From Candidatus Taylorbacteria bacterium RIFCSPHIGHO2_01_FULL_46_22b (GTDB lineage: Bacteria > Patescibacteriota > Minisyncoccia > Phycocordibacterales > DSPV01): a stretch of 64,000 nt of DNA. Below, one piece after another: positions 62,938-64,000 of the stretch. How positions within the stretch are numbered: the stretch's first letter is position 1; every line of letters begins with the position of its first letter. The stretch covers positions 140,479 through 204,478 of the forward strand of contig MHRF01000007.1 of assembly GCA_001820875.1 (NCBI GenBank). The letters are read 5' to 3'. The notes beneath the pieces were generated by a model that had not been told where the DNA came from, did no database searches, and saw only the letters and a list, made by a program, of their open reading frames with translations. The translations under genes and the position numbers were made by a program.

Positions 62938-62980
62938 AATCAAAACGCCACCCTTTAGGGGCGGCGTTTTGATTTCTTTG
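62938..62980. terminator. hairpin terminator downstream of nrdJ
   Basis: aaatcaaaacgccaccc-tttag-gggcggcgttttgattt. Confidence 0.6.
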
Positions 62981-63149
62981 TGCACATTCCTGTGCCATCT
63001 TGGACACGAGGAATGTGTCAGAGGTGTCAGGAGAAGGGAAGTTCTCCTGATGAGGAGAGCAGGCCGGCCTTTGGCGGGACGTTGAGAACCGTGGGTTCTC
63101 AAAGCACAAGGTACAAATGAAAAATTCCGCCTTTAGAGCGGAATTTTTC

Positions 63150-63505
63150 ATTTGTACCTTGTGCCTATAAGCCGAGTTCTGTATCTGTCTTGCGACAGAC
63201 GATAGCCATTTATCTAGGATGTGTGTTGCCACACATCTCAAGCGGCACTCTCCGCCAAAGGCGGAGCACGGCCTTGCAACCAAGTAAGGATTTTGCCGTT
63301 TCACTCTCTTTATTACTAAAGAGCTCGCCCGATCTTTCGATAGGGTGGTTTTCCCCTTTCGGAAAAAACCGTCTCTGTTCGCACCTCGTAGGTTTCCCTA
63401 GACGGGCGTTACCCGTTACCCGTTTATTACATCTTTCGATGCAATGGTAGCTCGGACTTTCCTCACCTCTGCTTACGCAGGGCGCGACTATCCGGCACAG
63501 GGTTG
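63150..63505 (-). ncRNA. rnpB: RNase P RNA (bacterial type A-like, compact)
   Basis: Reverse complement contains GAGGAAAGTCCGAGCTACC (P4 5' strand), GGTAACGCCCGTCTAGGGAAACCTACGAGGTGCGAACAGAGACGG (matches E. coli GGUAACGCCUGGG...GGAAACCCACGACCAGUGCAACAGAGAGCAAACCGCC), and ACAGAACTCGGCTTAT (P4 3' strand, with compensatory changes against the 5' strand). Ends in a 27-bp hairpin. Confidence 0.75.
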
Positions 63506-63630
63506 AGAAATAGTACCATATTTTTTTTCAAATGCAAGGCGTTTGTGTGTTCGAAACGTGCATTGTAAGGGTATGAGGGATGCGTTATACTTTTTGTACG
63601 TTTGTCATTTAATTTTGAGCACATTTGTCT

Positions 63631-64000
63631 ATGGAAAAACTAAAAGTGAGAATTGAGGAGTCTCTCGACAAAGTTTCTTTGCTGGAGAATATTGCCTACT
63701 ACATTCTATTAGCGACAGCATTTCTTCTCCCAATTTTTTTTATCCCCTCATCCTCATTTCAATTTCAGTTTAGTAAAGTAGTCTTCGTTTCTTTTGCTGT
63801 TCTGATCTCGTGTGTCCTGTGGCTGATTGCTCGTTTGAAAGATGGCCGATACCTGTTGCCAAACAATTTGGTGTTTTTGCTTTCGGGCGTAGTGTTGGTC
63901 ATAACGTTACTTGCAACTCTTTTTTCACCTTCAATTCACACCTCTTTCATTGGACAGGGATCTGAAGTTGGAACATGGGCGAGTCTGGTGGTACTTTTTG
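63631..64000 (+). CDS. polytopic membrane protein, 3'-partial (runs off the window)
   Basis: ATG at 63631. Frame open to the window end. Several TM segments. Confidence 0.4.
   Translation, partial: MEKLKVRIEESLDKVSLLENIAYYILLATAFLLPIFFIPSSSFQFQFSKVVFVSFAVLISCVLWLIARLKDGRYLLPNNLVFLLSGVVLVITLLATLFSPSIHTSFIGQGSEVGTWASLVVLF

Overview
This 64-kb window looks like a compact, low-to-moderate-GC bacterial genome, probably from the Candidate Phyla Radiation or a similar reduced lineage. The evidence for that is many small membrane-anchored hypothetical proteins, type IV pilin-like genes, several NUDIX and GIY-YIG genes, and a streamlined F-type ATP synthase operon. It uses the standard genetic code. 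Gene density is high. Recognisable genes include typA, gmk, purH, purD, a purC-purE fusion, msrA, msrB, atpBEFHAGDC, aspS, tsaC, RNase J, an OppA-type binding protein, secG, groES, groEL, lemA, htpX, a class II ribonucleotide reductase, a LAGLIDADG endonuclease abutting tRNA-Ser(GGA), and an RNase P RNA (rnpB) on the minus strand near the 3' end. The most unusual element is a 2.3-kb ORF-free interval between secG and groES (about 50480-52850). It consists of two diverged tandem copies of a roughly 1-kb unit, each built from repeated hairpin modules. Stems are 8-12 bp and GC-rich, loops are about 33 nt, and a recurring GGGAAATTG box follows. It is not CRISPR, rRNA, tRNA or coding. I interpret it as a candidate new structured non-coding RNA or modular repeat element family. 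Other notable items follow. A divergent pair of secreted proteins shares a novel C-terminal domain; one of them fuses an FGE-sulfatase domain to a lipase-like alpha/beta-hydrolase. Four single-gene GC-rich islands at 56-58% GC sit in a 43-48% background. They carry purCE, purH and two pairs of unknown proteins, and are flanked by strong hairpin terminators. A pilin-LamG fusion is present. A candidate small RNA with a canonical promoter and terminator lies upstream of atpB. The purC-purE fusion appears frameshifted near its 3' end. All calls rest on motif recognition by eye from the sequence. No database searches were run.
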